This document shows positions 1 to 10,103 of a DNA stretch of 50,922 bases, in pieces. The position numbers and the translations under genes were made by a program. This stretch comes from Draconibacterium orientale (lineage in GTDB: Bacteria > Bacteroidota > Bacteroidia > Bacteroidales > JAIFNL01). The stretch lies in contig DZBP01000004.1 of NCBI GenBank assembly GCA_022729915.1, forward strand, positions 1-50,922, written 5' to 3'. The notes under the pieces were generated by a model. The model was given only the letters and a program-made list of their open reading frames with translations, did not search any database and had not been told where the DNA came from. Each line of letters begins with the position of its first letter. Within the stretch, counting starts at the first letter, position 1.

Positions 1-88
1 TTGTATTTTTAAATTCTATAAAATAAAAATAAAGAAATATAAATTTATAAGTAAAAGTTTTTAAAATTCACGAATAATTTATTCATTT

Positions 89-1519
89 ATGAAATTAGAC
101 GATTCAAAAACTAAAATTATTGCCACAATTGGACCAAAATCGAGCGACAAAGAGGTGCTACGAAAAATGTTCTTAGCAGGTGTAGATGTTTGCCGAATAA
201 ACCTTTCGCACGACGTGCATGAATCACAAGCGGCTAAAATTAAGACAATTAGAGAGTTAAATGCCGAGCTTGGTATCAATGTAGCCATTTTAGCAGATTT
301 GCAAGGTCCAAAATTAAGAATTGGCGAAGTAAAAGATAATGAAGTAATTTTGAACGATGGCGATATAGTTGAATTTGTTACAAAAGAATGCATTGGTACA
401 GCTAAGAAACTGTATTTGAGCTATGAAGATTTTCCAAAAGACGTAGCAAAAGGCGACATTGTTTTAATTGACGATGGAAAATTAAAACTAGAAGTAACAG
501 AAAGTAATGGAAAAGATTCGGTAAAAGCAAAAGTAATTTATGGAGGAAAACTTTCTTCAAAAAAAGGAGTAAATTTACCCAATACAAAAATATCACTTCC
601 GAGTTTGACCGAAAAAGATATTGAAGATGCAAATTTTGCCTTAGAGCACAATGTAGATTGGTTAGCGTTATCGTTTGTACGACAAGCAAGCGATGTAATT
701 GAGCTTAAACAAATGATTAAGCGCAAAAAGAAAAATGTACGTGTTATTGCAAAAATAGAAAAACCCGAAGCCATTAAAAATCTCGACGAGATAATAAGAG
801 AGTCAGATGCAATAATGGTTGCTCGTGGTGATTTGGGTGTAGAGATTGATTTTCAAGAAGTTCCGATGCTTCAACGCGAAATAGTAGAGCGCTGTATTGA
901 CGCTTCGCGACCCGTAATTATTGCAACACAAATGATGGAAAGTATGATTACCAATTTCCGTCCGACACGCGCCGAAGCAAGCGACGTGGCAAATGCAGTA
1001 TTGGCAGGAGTTGATACTCTGATGCTTAGTGGCGAAACTTCCGTTGGGCGATTTCCGATAGAAGTTATTGAAAGTATGCACAAAATTATAGAACACACCG
1101 AAAAGAAACGGTATCAATACAACAGAGGCTTACCTCCTAAACCGGGCGACGAGCGTTTTATTTCCGATTCTATTTGTTACAGTGCTTCAATAATGGCAGA
1201 ACGTATTGGTGCAAAAGCAATTATAACTTTCACCGATAAAGGAAAAACAGCTTATCGAATTTCAGGTTACCGTCCGAAAGCCGAAATTTTTGCATTTACA
1301 AATCACCCAGAGTTAATTAGCTCAATGTCATTACTTTGGGGAGTTAGAGCTTTTTATTTTAATAATTTCAATCACATTGATGCTGCTATTGCAAATTCTA
1401 TTGAAATACTGAAAGAGAAAGGATTAGTAAAAGAAGGCGATATGGTAATTCACGTTAGTAGCACTCCTTTGAGCATTACTCGAACTACAAATATGCTCAA
1501 AATAACTAAAGTAGAATAA
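89..1519 (+). CDS. pyk: Pyruvate kinase
   Basis: TKIIATIGP, RINLSH, DLQGPKLR, IAKIEK, MVARGDLGVE, ATQMMESM and MLSGETSVG are pyruvate kinase signatures. Confidence 0.98.
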   Translation: MKLDDSKTKIIATIGPKSSDKEVLRKMFLAGVDVCRINLSHDVHESQAAKIKTIRELNAELGINVAILADLQGPKLRIGEVKDNEVILNDGDIVEFVTKECIGTAKKLYLSYEDFPKDVAKGDIVLIDDGKLKLEVTESNGKDSVKAKVIYGGKLSSKKGVNLPNTKISLPSLTEKDIEDANFALEHNVDWLALSFVRQASDVIELKQMIKRKKKNVRVIAKIEKPEAIKNLDEIIRESDAIMVARGDLGVEIDFQEVPMLQREIVERCIDASRPVIIATQMMESMITNFRPTRAEASDVANAVLAGVDTLMLSGETSVGRFPIEVIESMHKIIEHTEKKRYQYNRGLPPKPGDERFISDSICYSASIMAERIGAKAIITFTDKGKTAYRISGYRPKAEIFAFTNHPELISSMSLLWGVRAFYFNNFNHIDAAIANSIEILKEKGLVKEGDMVIHVSSTPLSITRTTNMLKITKVE

Positions 1520-1538
1520 ATTTTTAAAATAAAAATAG

Positions 1539-1570
1539 AAAAAGCCCACAAAATATTTGTGGGCTTTTTT
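1539..1570. terminator. Bidirectional intrinsic terminator between convergent genes
   Basis: AAAAAGCCCACAAA-ata-TTTGTGGGCTTTTT: perfect inverted repeat with A/T tails. Confidence 0.85.
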
Positions 1571-1612
1571 ATTTTATTCTAAAAAAAGTAAATATCTAAA
1601 ACAATTACTCTG

Positions 1613-2776
1613 CTAAAAAAAAGTAATTCCAATATATCCAACAACTAAAGCTATAACCCCGTTTATAAGTTTTGCTACCACAAAACTTTTTTTCGATTCA
1701 GCCAAAAGCGGCAATGCACCATGCCCATCTTGCGAAATAGAACTTGCCAAAAGAATACTCAAAGGAATGGTTCCGGCAACAAACATACTCACAAAAATCA
1801 TGTGAGGACCCGATTCTGGAATAAATCCAATAACTACCGCTGCAACTAAAATCAAAAACATATTGTTTTGAACCCAACTTTCTATATCAATAAATTCTTC
1901 GATATAATGTACAAAAAGTAAGGCACCTAATGTCCATAAAAAGATTTTAAGAAAGTGAGATTTAATTACATGTTTCCAAATATGATGCTCCAGAAAATGC
2001 TCTGATACAGTAGAAACAATAAAAAAAGCAAAAAATGCCAACAAACCAAATGAAAAAGTAATCCATTTTGGGTGTTCGTGATTATTGCCAAACAAAACAG
2101 TTGCCTTTTCTTTGTGAATATCAATTGTTTCATGTTCGTGTCCTTCGTGCTCATCATGTGCATCATGTAGCTGTTTATTTTCGACAACCTCAAGTTTTTC
2201 AGAATGTTCATGCGTTCCACCATGCTCATCGGTAAATAAAAGACTAAATATAAAAAGTCCCAAAACAAACATTAATACAGTCCTTAAAAAAGTAATGTTT
2301 TTAAGCTGCTCGATAATAATTTTGGGCTGGTAAGGTTTGCATTCAATATGTTTATGATGTATTTGAAAATGAGCTTCTTGAGTCTCATCTAAATTGTTTT
2401 TCCTAATAAATAAATTTACTACTAAACCAGAAACTACCGCAATGGAAAATAATCCCAAATGCAGCCAAATAGCCGTTTCGGGAAATAATGAAAGCATTAA
2501 AAATGCTTCATCGCCAGAGGTTGCAATCAAAGCAGCCACTAATGCACCAAAATTTACAATGTTGTGAGTATAAAGCGAAACAACAGTGTAAGTACCTAAG
2601 CAACCGGGAGTTATGCCCATAAATGAAGCAAATACAATCTGTAAAAATTTCGATTTTTGAAATGGTTTACTCCATGTACCTTGAGATTGTGTGTTAATGT
2701 ATTCAATCACTAGCATTACAACCAACACAAAGGCAGTAATCATCAATGTTTGCTTAAAAATATCTACGAACCACAT
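1613..2776 (-). CDS. Putative metal transporter (putative manganese transporter / ArsP_2-like permease) with His-rich loops
   Basis: Multi-TM protein with PGCLG, ATSGDEAF, IPESGPH and SQDGHG motifs; internal HDAHDEHEGHEHE loop. Confidence 0.75.
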   Translation of the reverse strand: MWFVDIFKQTLMITAFVLVVMLVIEYINTQSQGTWSKPFQKSKFLQIVFASFMGITPGCLGTYTVVSLYTHNIVNFGALVAALIATSGDEAFLMLSLFPETAIWLHLGLFSIAVVSGLVVNLFIRKNNLDETQEAHFQIHHKHIECKPYQPKIIIEQLKNITFLRTVLMFVLGLFIFSLLFTDEHGGTHEHSEKLEVVENKQLHDAHDEHEGHEHETIDIHKEKATVLFGNNHEHPKWITFSFGLLAFFAFFIVSTVSEHFLEHHIWKHVIKSHFLKIFLWTLGALLFVHYIEEFIDIESWVQNNMFLILVAAVVIGFIPESGPHMIFVSMFVAGTIPLSILLASSISQDGHGALPLLAESKKSFVVAKLINGVIALVVGYIGITFF

Positions 2777-2820
2777 TATATTTTAATATCTGTTTTTTAT
2801 TAAATTAATACTTTGAAAAT

Positions 2821-4278
2821 TTATTGTTTCAAAAGCTGAATAATTTTATTACTAGCGCCACATTCTTTTGCATAATCAGAAAGCGCCTTTCCTTCGAAAT
2901 TCATTTTCTTATCAGCTCCATTTTCAATCAGCAACTTAGTTAAAGCTAGATTATTAGCTTCAATTGCATAAATTAAGCAAGTCTTATTATCACCATCTTT
3001 TTTGTTCAAATTTGCTTTATGCTCAATCAATACTTCCGTTGCAATGTATTTGTCATTTTTTACCGCAAAAATTATTGGAGTTTCACTTCCGTTTGTACTT
3101 TGATTAACATTAGCACCTTTTCGAATCAAAAAAGCAATCAATTCTTCATTATCTGTATCAATCGCTTCTTTCATAGGCGTATCGCCTTTCCAATCGGTGG
3201 TATTTACTTTCAATCCTAATTTAATAAAATAGCCAATTTTAGCCGTATCTTGCACTTTAATTGAAGCAATAAGAGGTGATGAAAAAAACTGCATAGCACA
3301 GTCAATCTTATAGTTACCTCCATTTTTTACAACTTTTTGCACTTGCTCTAAAGTTCCAAATTGAATTGCACCATATACCAAATTGCATGTAAATGGAAAT
3401 GCTCCTTGTATATTTGGGTCTAAACCATTATTTAACAGCAAATTAAATACCTCGTCGTTTTTAAATAAAACGTCAAATTTTAATTCTACCGCCGATAAAT
3501 CAGGTTTCAAAGACAACAGTTTTTTTAAATCTTCTGGTTTTTCCAAAGCATAATTTATGTCGATACGCTTTGGATTTGCACCTAAACCTACTAACTTAAC
3601 AATCAATTCAGTATTCTCAGAAAAAGCCAAATTAGCATTTTTAAGGTTTACCTTGTTTTCTAACAATAAATCAACCATTGCAAGATTATCGTTTTTAAGA
3701 GCTAAATCGATAGGAAAAATTTGGTCTTTACTCGGAATATTGGCTGAAAAACCAAGTTCGAGAAAAAGCTTAACAACTTTAGTATTTCCTTCATTTACAG
3801 CAACATGAAATGCTGTTGTATAGCTAACCCCCGAATTGTATTTCCGCTTTATAAAATACTTAACTATAGGAATATAACTAATATAACGACGCGAAATCCA
3901 AGATTCTTCAATATTATTATTCGGATTAGCGCCTTTGTCAATAAGTATTTTGGCATTTTCGAGTAACTTTTTTTCAGAATACTTCTTTTTTTCTCTAATC
4001 AAACGAATTAGTTCAATATCAATAGAATCCTTTGAAATAATAAGTTTTGTATAATCAGTAGTATCCAAAAATAAATCAGAAACCGAATCCTTTTTTAAAG
4101 AGTCATTTTTTGGGGTATCTTTTTTTGAAGTATCTAAAATACAAGAATTTGAAAAAAATAAAATTAGAACAAAGAATATTAAATATTTCAAGTCAACAGA
4201 ATTCAAACGATTAATGAAATCCATTACCTTAATTAATGTAATTTTACTGAAAATAAATTTTCGTATATTTAACATCAT
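2821..4278 (-). CDS. Ankyrin-repeat protein, probable lipoprotein (true start may be at 4224 or further downstream)
   Basis: Repeated ankyrin motifs (TAFHVAV, GDTPMKEA, ETPIIFAV, LLIENGAD); hydrophobic stretch ending FSNSC; ATGA overlap with the yggS stop. Confidence 0.85.
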   Translation of the reverse strand: MMLNIRKFIFSKITLIKVMDFINRLNSVDLKYLIFFVLILFFSNSCILDTSKKDTPKNDSLKKDSVSDLFLDTTDYTKLIISKDSIDIELIRLIREKKKYSEKKLLENAKILIDKGANPNNNIEESWISRRYISYIPIVKYFIKRKYNSGVSYTTAFHVAVNEGNTKVVKLFLELGFSANIPSKDQIFPIDLALKNDNLAMVDLLLENKVNLKNANLAFSENTELIVKLVGLGANPKRIDINYALEKPEDLKKLLSLKPDLSAVELKFDVLFKNDEVFNLLLNNGLDPNIQGAFPFTCNLVYGAIQFGTLEQVQKVVKNGGNYKIDCAMQFFSSPLIASIKVQDTAKIGYFIKLGLKVNTTDWKGDTPMKEAIDTDNEELIAFLIRKGANVNQSTNGSETPIIFAVKNDKYIATEVLIEHKANLNKKDGDNKTCLIYAIEANNLALTKLLIENGADKKMNFEGKALSDYAKECGASNKIIQLLKQ

Positions 4279-4967
4279 ATTACTTTATAATTTCGTTCAC
4301 CAAAGATTGTACTTCCTACTCTAATCATTGTACTACCCTGATTTATAGCTAGTTCATAATCACCGGACATTCCCATTGATAATTCATTAAAATGAGAATC
4401 GCTAATAAAAAATTCCTTTTTAAGCTTTTCAAAGCAGCTTTTTAAATATGCAAATTCAGAGCTAATTTTAACAATATCATCAGTATAGGTTGCCATTCCC
4501 ATCAATCCTGCTATTTCAACTCCGGCATTTTCGTCTGTTTTTAATTCTTTATAAAAATCTGAAGCTAAAATTGCTCTTAAATCTTCAAAATCGATTCCAA
4601 ATTTTGTATCTTCATCAGCAATATGCATTTGCAATAAACAAGTTATTTTGCGTCCTATTTTTTTTGCCTCTTTATTTATTGTTTCTAGCAATTTCAAACT
4701 ATCTACAGCATGAATTAAATCAACAAAAGGCACAATAAATTTCACCTTATTAGTTTGCAAATGTCCAATAAAATGCCATTGAATATCTTTGGGCAATTCG
4801 TTATATTTTTTTGTAAGTTCTTGTATTTTATTTTCTCCAAAGACACGTTGCCCCACATTGTACGCTTCCAGTAAATCTTCATTGGGTTTCGTTTTTGAAA
4901 CTGCTACAAGAAGAACATTTTCTGGTAATTTTTTCTTAATCTCTAGTATATTTTGGGCTATCGACAT
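4275..4967 (-). CDS. yggS: YggS family pyridoxal phosphate homeostasis protein
   Basis: LVAVSKTKP, FGENKIQE, WHFIGHLQTNK, LSMGMSGD, RVGSTIFG. Confidence 0.97.
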   Translation of the reverse strand: MSIAQNILEIKKKLPENVLLVAVSKTKPNEDLLEAYNVGQRVFGENKIQELTKKYNELPKDIQWHFIGHLQTNKVKFIVPFVDLIHAVDSLKLLETINKEAKKIGRKITCLLQMHIADEDTKFGIDFEDLRAILASDFYKELKTDENAGVEIAGLMGMATYTDDIVKISSEFAYLKSCFEKLKKEFFISDSHFNELSMGMSGDYELAINQGSTMIRVGSTIFGERNYKVI

Positions 4968-5036
4968 TTGAAATTCATTTTATAAGAAACTAATAAAAAA
5001 AGATATATTTATAAAATATTTTGAAAAATAGCTTTC

Positions 5037-5795
5037 TTATATTTCTAATATGTTTTCTTTTTTCAACCACGCTTGTTTTCCATCAGCAATTTTTACTTGA
5101 GTCCATTCGCCAACATTTTCTAGCATTTGTACTTTTGTACCTTCATGCAAAGGAAAAATATTGGTGCCACTTTCAGAGGGTGAACTTTTTAAAGTAACCG
5201 TTGTTTCATAAATAATCGCGTATTTTGTTTTTACTTGATATTGATATTGTTTCTGCGCAAAAACAAAGGTAAGAATTACCAAGAAAAACAAAATAAGTGC
5301 AAAAAAGAACGAAAATTTACGAAAAGAAAGTAATTTTGAGAAAAAGTAAACTCCCAAAAAAACTAAACTTAGCAGAAATAGAAATACACTAAAATATGCC
5401 CAAGTATTAAAACTATACACAGAAATAATAGCTTTGAACCAAGTAGTTAGAAAAAATTCTGGAACAACTTCTATTTTATCAATTATTAGTTTGTTCGCCA
5501 TTTCTAAGTTATACTGAGCATCGTCAAAACCCGGGTTTAATTTCAATGCTCTTTCATAATTTACAATGGCTAGTGCAATTTTATTTGCTTTGTAATAAGC
5601 ATTTCCCAAATTATAGAACAACTCAGGCGACTGATAACCCAATTTTACAATTGAGTTGTAGGTTTTGGCTGAGGCTTCATAATTTTTGGACAAATATAAC
5701 TTATTTGCTTTTTTTATTGAATCTTGTAACGATTCGTTTGCCTTAATTTGTAGAATCGAAAGTAATACAAAAAATAATAAAACTATCCTTTTCAT
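5037..5795 (-). CDS. batE: BatE: TPR + TM + SH3b protein
   Basis: YNLGNAYYK TPR, two TM helices, C-terminal LHEGTKV..W SH3-like domain; last gene of the bat operon. Confidence 0.9.
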   Translation of the reverse strand: MKRIVLLFFVLLSILQIKANESLQDSIKKANKLYLSKNYEASAKTYNSIVKLGYQSPELFYNLGNAYYKANKIALAIVNYERALKLNPGFDDAQYNLEMANKLIIDKIEVVPEFFLTTWFKAIISVYSFNTWAYFSVFLFLLSLVFLGVYFFSKLLSFRKFSFFFALILFFLVILTFVFAQKQYQYQVKTKYAIIYETTVTLKSSPSESGTNIFPLHEGTKVQMLENVGEWTQVKIADGKQAWLKKENILEI

Positions 5796-5893
5796 TTATA
5801 TTTCAAATTTATAATTTTTGTAATTATTCTGGTATTTATAAATATTAATTTTCTTAATAAAATAGTATTTTAGTCATAGAAAACCATCTTTAA

Positions 5894-6367
5894 TTATTTA
5901 TTGTTCAACTTCAAAAATAACTGAGCACATGCTATCGAATCAGCAAGTGCATTATGATGATTATCAAGCCTTATGTGATAAGTTTTGCAAGCTAAATCCA
6001 ATTTCATACCCGACCGTTTATAAGTACAATCCGATTTAAAATCCGGAACATCTAAATTATAGTATCCCAATGTTTTGCGCAAACAATCCATATCAAAAGC
6101 AGCATTATGAGCAACAAGCATTTTATTGCCAATAAAAGCCTTTATTTCATTCCAAAGTTGATTAAAAAATGGTGAATTTGCAGTATCTTCGGGCGTTATT
6201 CCATGAATTTGAATATTTCGATAAAAATATTCATTTCCTGGAGGTTGTACCAATTTATCATAAGTATCAACTATATTTCCTGCTTCCACTTTCACCATTC
6301 CTATTTGGCAGATACTCCAGCGTTTGCCATGAGCAGTTTCTACATCAATTGCTACAAAATCGACCAT
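5894..6367 (-). CDS. DEDDh 3'-5' exonuclease (DnaQ/epsilon-like)
   Basis: ExoI AIDVETA, ExoII VAHNAAFD, ExoIII HHNALADS. Confidence 0.92.
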   Translation of the reverse strand: MVDFVAIDVETAHGKRWSICQIGMVKVEAGNIVDTYDKLVQPPGNEYFYRNIQIHGITPEDTANSPFFNQLWNEIKAFIGNKMLVAHNAAFDMDCLRKTLGYYNLDVPDFKSDCTYKRSGMKLDLACKTYHIRLDNHHNALADSIACAQLFLKLNNK

Positions 6368-6393
6368 TTTCAGTTATTTTAAAGCTCTAAAAT

Positions 6394-8181
6394 TTACATT
6401 TTTTGTTCCATTGCTAAAATTACCTCACTTGCATCTTTATAAACTTGCTGCATATCAGCTTGTCCGGCAGGTGAATATTTAGCAAATTCGCATTCATCGA
6501 GCACTTTAATAAATTTTTCGGATAAATTTTCTTCAATTTTCTTATTTTTAAATGTTTCTAAAATATTATCACGCGAAAGTTGAGCTTGTGGAATATTCAA
6601 TTTATTGCTCACATAGCCCCACATGGCTAATAAAATTTCATCATAAAAAGCCTCTTTTTTATTTTCTTTTAAAAATTGATTAGCCAATTTTAGTCTTTTC
6701 TGCGAAACCTTGTTTGCTCTCCTGTTTTTCAAGCTTACCATGTCAGAATTTCTTTGAATTTGTTTTCTACGAAGCACAAAAAGTACTAAAAACAAAACCA
6801 ACAAAACAGCATAAGTCATATAAAATTTCAACGTTCCATAAAAAGGATTTCCAGCTTTTTCAATTGAAAAATGATTTTCTTTGATGTGGCGAATATCATT
6901 TCCCATCATCTGAATATCTTTTTTGGTAAAACTAATTGCCTCTTGAGTTCCAGTTCCATCGTCGTCAGATTTTTCAATTGTAAAATTAAAATCACCTGAG
7001 CTTTTTGTTATGTAAGCACCTTTTTGAGGGTCAAAAAATGAAAATTCGACAGCAGGAACAGTAAATTTACCAGCAGTTCGTGGAATAACAAGGTATTCTA
7101 TCGTAGTAGTTCCCTTTGCTCCATCAGCTGTGTTTTTTATGTCGCTTTGAATTTGCGGGTCATAAAGTTCAAAGTCAGGAGGAAAAGTAACTTTCAGAGG
7201 GTCAATAAGTTTCAAGTTTCCATTGCCAGAAATAGTAATGGTAAGTTTTGCAGCATCGTTGGCTTTAAGCTCTGTTTTGTCAAACTTAGCCGAAAACTCA
7301 AAATTTCCAACAGCTCCATTAAAACTCTCAGGCTTATTGTCAGGAAGCGGTTTTACCGTAACTTTTTTTACCGCACTTTTTATTTTTACAATTACATCGT
7401 CATAAGTTGTTCCCCAAAATGAACGACGATCTACTATTTTTCGTACAATAGCCTCAAGCTGAATAGGATCTATAGAAAGGCTTCCGCTTTGTTGTGGAAA
7501 AAGTAACGATTTGTGCAAAACACCCATATCGTACACTTTTCCATTGTAGTTGGCTCTTTGCAACTGAATATTGTTGGCAGTAGGAATTTCTTGCGACCAA
7601 AAACCTTGATACGAAGGCAATTTAATGTCATTAAACCCACGAAGTGTTTCACGAGTATAAATTTGAGCAGAAGCTACTAAGTGTTCACCTTGATACACAG
7701 AGCTTTTGCTCAAATTCAGCACAACAAAAACATCACCTGTTTCATTTTCAGAAGTTTTGTTAGTATTTGAGCCTGAGGTATTTCCAGAAGCTGTATTGCT
7801 TGATGAGCCACTAACCACTTCAATCGTAATCGGACTTGTTTGGTAAGATTTCCCTCCTACCGTTACCTGAGCAGCTCCAATAGTAAATTTTCCGGTTTTT
7901 TTTGGCATCATAAAAAACACATACGAAAATTCAAAACTCTGCTGAGTTTTACCATTAATCATCTGAAAACTACTTGATTGCGAAGTACTTGGACCCGAAA
8001 AATTAAATGCGCTCAAATCGGGTGCTTTAAAGCCCGAAGGCTGAGCATTTACAGTGAAAGTAAGTCGGAATTGTTCATTTAATTCTACTACCTCGTTAGC
8101 TCTAGCCGTGAATTTCACATCTTGCGCCCAAGCCCATGAGCTAAGTGAATAAAGCAAGATTAATGAAATAATTTTTTTCAT
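6394..8181 (-). CDS. batD: BatD protein
   Basis: Signal peptide, Ig-like repeats (GPSTSQSSS, FNGAVGNF, GNGNLKLI), TM helix and C-terminal CEFAKYSP; operon position. Confidence 0.93.
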   Translation of the reverse strand: MKKIISLILLYSLSSWAWAQDVKFTARANEVVELNEQFRLTFTVNAQPSGFKAPDLSAFNFSGPSTSQSSSFQMINGKTQQSFEFSYVFFMMPKKTGKFTIGAAQVTVGGKSYQTSPITIEVVSGSSSNTASGNTSGSNTNKTSENETGDVFVVLNLSKSSVYQGEHLVASAQIYTRETLRGFNDIKLPSYQGFWSQEIPTANNIQLQRANYNGKVYDMGVLHKSLLFPQQSGSLSIDPIQLEAIVRKIVDRRSFWGTTYDDVIVKIKSAVKKVTVKPLPDNKPESFNGAVGNFEFSAKFDKTELKANDAAKLTITISGNGNLKLIDPLKVTFPPDFELYDPQIQSDIKNTADGAKGTTTIEYLVIPRTAGKFTVPAVEFSFFDPQKGAYITKSSGDFNFTIEKSDDDGTGTQEAISFTKKDIQMMGNDIRHIKENHFSIEKAGNPFYGTLKFYMTYAVLLVLFLVLFVLRRKQIQRNSDMVSLKNRRANKVSQKRLKLANQFLKENKKEAFYDEILLAMWGYVSNKLNIPQAQLSRDNILETFKNKKIEENLSEKFIKVLDECEFAKYSPAGQADMQQVYKDASEVILAMEQKM

Positions 8182-8268
8182 AAATTAAATTATTTTATAA
8201 AATAACGTTTATTTTAAAATTAAAAAACAGATAAAAAAGTAAGATAAAAACGCCAGATTAAAAAAAAA

Positions 8269-9252
8269 TTACCAATCTTTTTCGGTTTTTACTTTAGCTT
8301 TTTTAGCGTTTTGTTCTTTCAATTTCTTTTGCAAGTCTTTTTCATCGTTTTCCAAAGCTTCCAAAATTCTCTTTGCGTCTTCTTTTGAAATGCCTTGAAC
8401 TACAGGTTTTTCTTTGTTATCCGGAACTCCGTCATTGTCCGAATCTGTGTCGCGATAATCAGGGACTCCATCTTTGTCTGTATCTTTTGGATTTTTTGGA
8501 TTTTCACCTGCTTCTTGACTATCTGGAACATCGTCATTATCAGCATCTTGGTCTTGAAAGTCAGGTTTGCCGTCTTTGTCGGTATCACGAGGTTTGCTAG
8601 GGTTATTTCCTTTCTCAGTTTTATCCGGAATGCCATCACTATCTTGGTCTTCTTCCTTATTATCGCCCTCGCTTTTTTTATCCTTATTGTCTTTATTATT
8701 CTTATCGTCCTTTTTTTCTTTATCCTTATCTTTGTCTTTATCGTTTTTATTTTCGCTATTTTCGTCGCCACCTTCGTTTTTTTGCTGCTGCTGTTTTTGC
8801 TGTTCAACTAATTTTTTTTGGGCATAAGCTAAATTGTAACGAGTTTTTTCATCGTTTGGATTTCTTTTTAGGGCTTCTTTGTATGCTTTAATGCTTTGAG
8901 CGTATTGTTTTTGCATAAGCAATGAATTCCCTTTATTATGGTAAACTTTTGCCAAATCGGTTTTTGAAAGATCCTCATTTTCTGTATATTTTCCAAATTC
9001 CGAAGCTATTTGAGAAAAAATAGAATCAGCTTGAGCATATTTTTTTTGTTTGTAAAGTGAATTTCCTAAATTATATTTTGCTTCAAACGAATTTTCATTG
9101 GCATTCAAAGCTTTAATATAATTTGTTTCAGCCTTTGCAAATTCATTCTTATTATAAAATTCATTGCCTTCTCTAATTACCTTACGCTCGGTTTGAGCAA
9201 CTAAATCAGAAATAAAAAAAGCAAATAATATAAACAAAACTATGTTTTTCAT
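8269..9252 (-). CDS. batC: BatC TPR protein with inserted Asp-rich Ca-binding-like repeats
   Basis: YNLGNSLY, HNKGNS, RYNLAYA TPRs; poly-Q/charged linker; ISKEDAKRILEAL..EKDW C-terminus typical of BatC; start taken at MKNIV. Confidence 0.9.
   Translation of the reverse strand: MKNIVLFILFAFFISDLVAQTERKVIREGNEFYNKNEFAKAETNYIKALNANENSFEAKYNLGNSLYKQKKYAQADSIFSQIASEFGKYTENEDLSKTDLAKVYHNKGNSLLMQKQYAQSIKAYKEALKRNPNDEKTRYNLAYAQKKLVEQQKQQQQKNEGGDENSENKNDKDKDKDKEKKDDKNNKDNKDKKSEGDNKEEDQDSDGIPDKTEKGNNPSKPRDTDKDGKPDFQDQDADNDDVPDSQEAGENPKNPKDTDKDGVPDYRDTDSDNDGVPDNKEKPVVQGISKEDAKRILEALENDEKDLQKKLKEQNAKKAKVKTEKDW
8413..8652 (-). repeat. Two 34-aa (102-nt) thrombospondin type 3-like repeats plus a partial third, inside batC
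   Basis: DQDSDGIPDKTEKGNNPSKPRDTDKDGKPDFQDQ / DADNDDVPDSQEAGENPKNPKDTDKDGVPDYRDT / DSDNDGVPDNKE. Confidence 0.8.
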
Positions 9253-9423
9253 TTTAAACAACATATACATTTAAAAAATTGATAATTAACTATTTAAAGT
9301 AAAAAAAATAATTAAAATTGATAAATATTAAACACAAAAAAAACAACAAATGAACTATTTTGATAAAATAATTCAATCCCATTTTAGAAACAAAACCAAG
9401 ATACAATTGTATAATCTAAGGGA

Positions 9424-9996
9424 TTATTTTCTAACAATTGTAACTAAACGCTTCTTGTAATATTCGCTTTCGCTAAGCTTTGTAATAATTATTCCTCCAT
9501 GCGTGCTACGCGTAGAGGCATGAATAAACTCAATGTCGTTATTAGCTATGGAAGAAACAATTGCAACGTGCCCAATGGGGCGCTTAGCAGGGTTTCCGCC
9601 TGCAAAAACAAGAATATCACCAACTACGCATTCTTCTTTCTTCACTTTGGTTTCGATAGTAACAAACTCACGTGAAGAGCGAGGAAGTTTTACGCCAAAA
9701 TTAAGGAACACAAAATTTACAAAGCCAGAACAATCAAAACCAGTAGCCGGCGACATACCGCCATATCTGTATTTTGTACCAAGATATTTTTTGGCAAAAG
9801 TAATAATACTGTCGTTTCTGCTCTTCAAATTGCTTTCAACATACACGTCTTTTACGTCAAAAGTTGGTGTTTGAGCAGCTTTGGCTTCAAATTCAACATT
9901 ATTTGATTGTGAAAATCCAAAATTGGAAAGCAGTACAATCAAAAAAATGCTTAGGTAAAATTTCGTACTTTTCATTTTTATAAAATTTAGTTTCAT
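9424..9996 (-). CDS. NlpC/P60 (C40) family peptidoglycan endopeptidase, secreted
   Basis: YLGTKYRYGG, GFDCSGF catalytic Cys, GHVAI, FIHAS; signal peptide (start may be 9975). Confidence 0.93.
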   Translation of the reverse strand: MKLNFIKMKSTKFYLSIFLIVLLSNFGFSQSNNVEFEAKAAQTPTFDVKDVYVESNLKSRNDSIITFAKKYLGTKYRYGGMSPATGFDCSGFVNFVFLNFGVKLPRSSREFVTIETKVKKEECVVGDILVFAGGNPAKRPIGHVAIVSSIANNDIEFIHASTRSTHGGIIITKLSESEYYKKRLVTIVRK

Positions 9997-10103
9997 ACTT
10001 GGAAATTAAAAAAAAGAACCCTGAAATACGAAGTAAATTTTCAGGCAAAAGAAAATTAATTTCCAATTCTAAAACAGTTATTAAGTTTAAGAATTTTGCA
10101 AAT

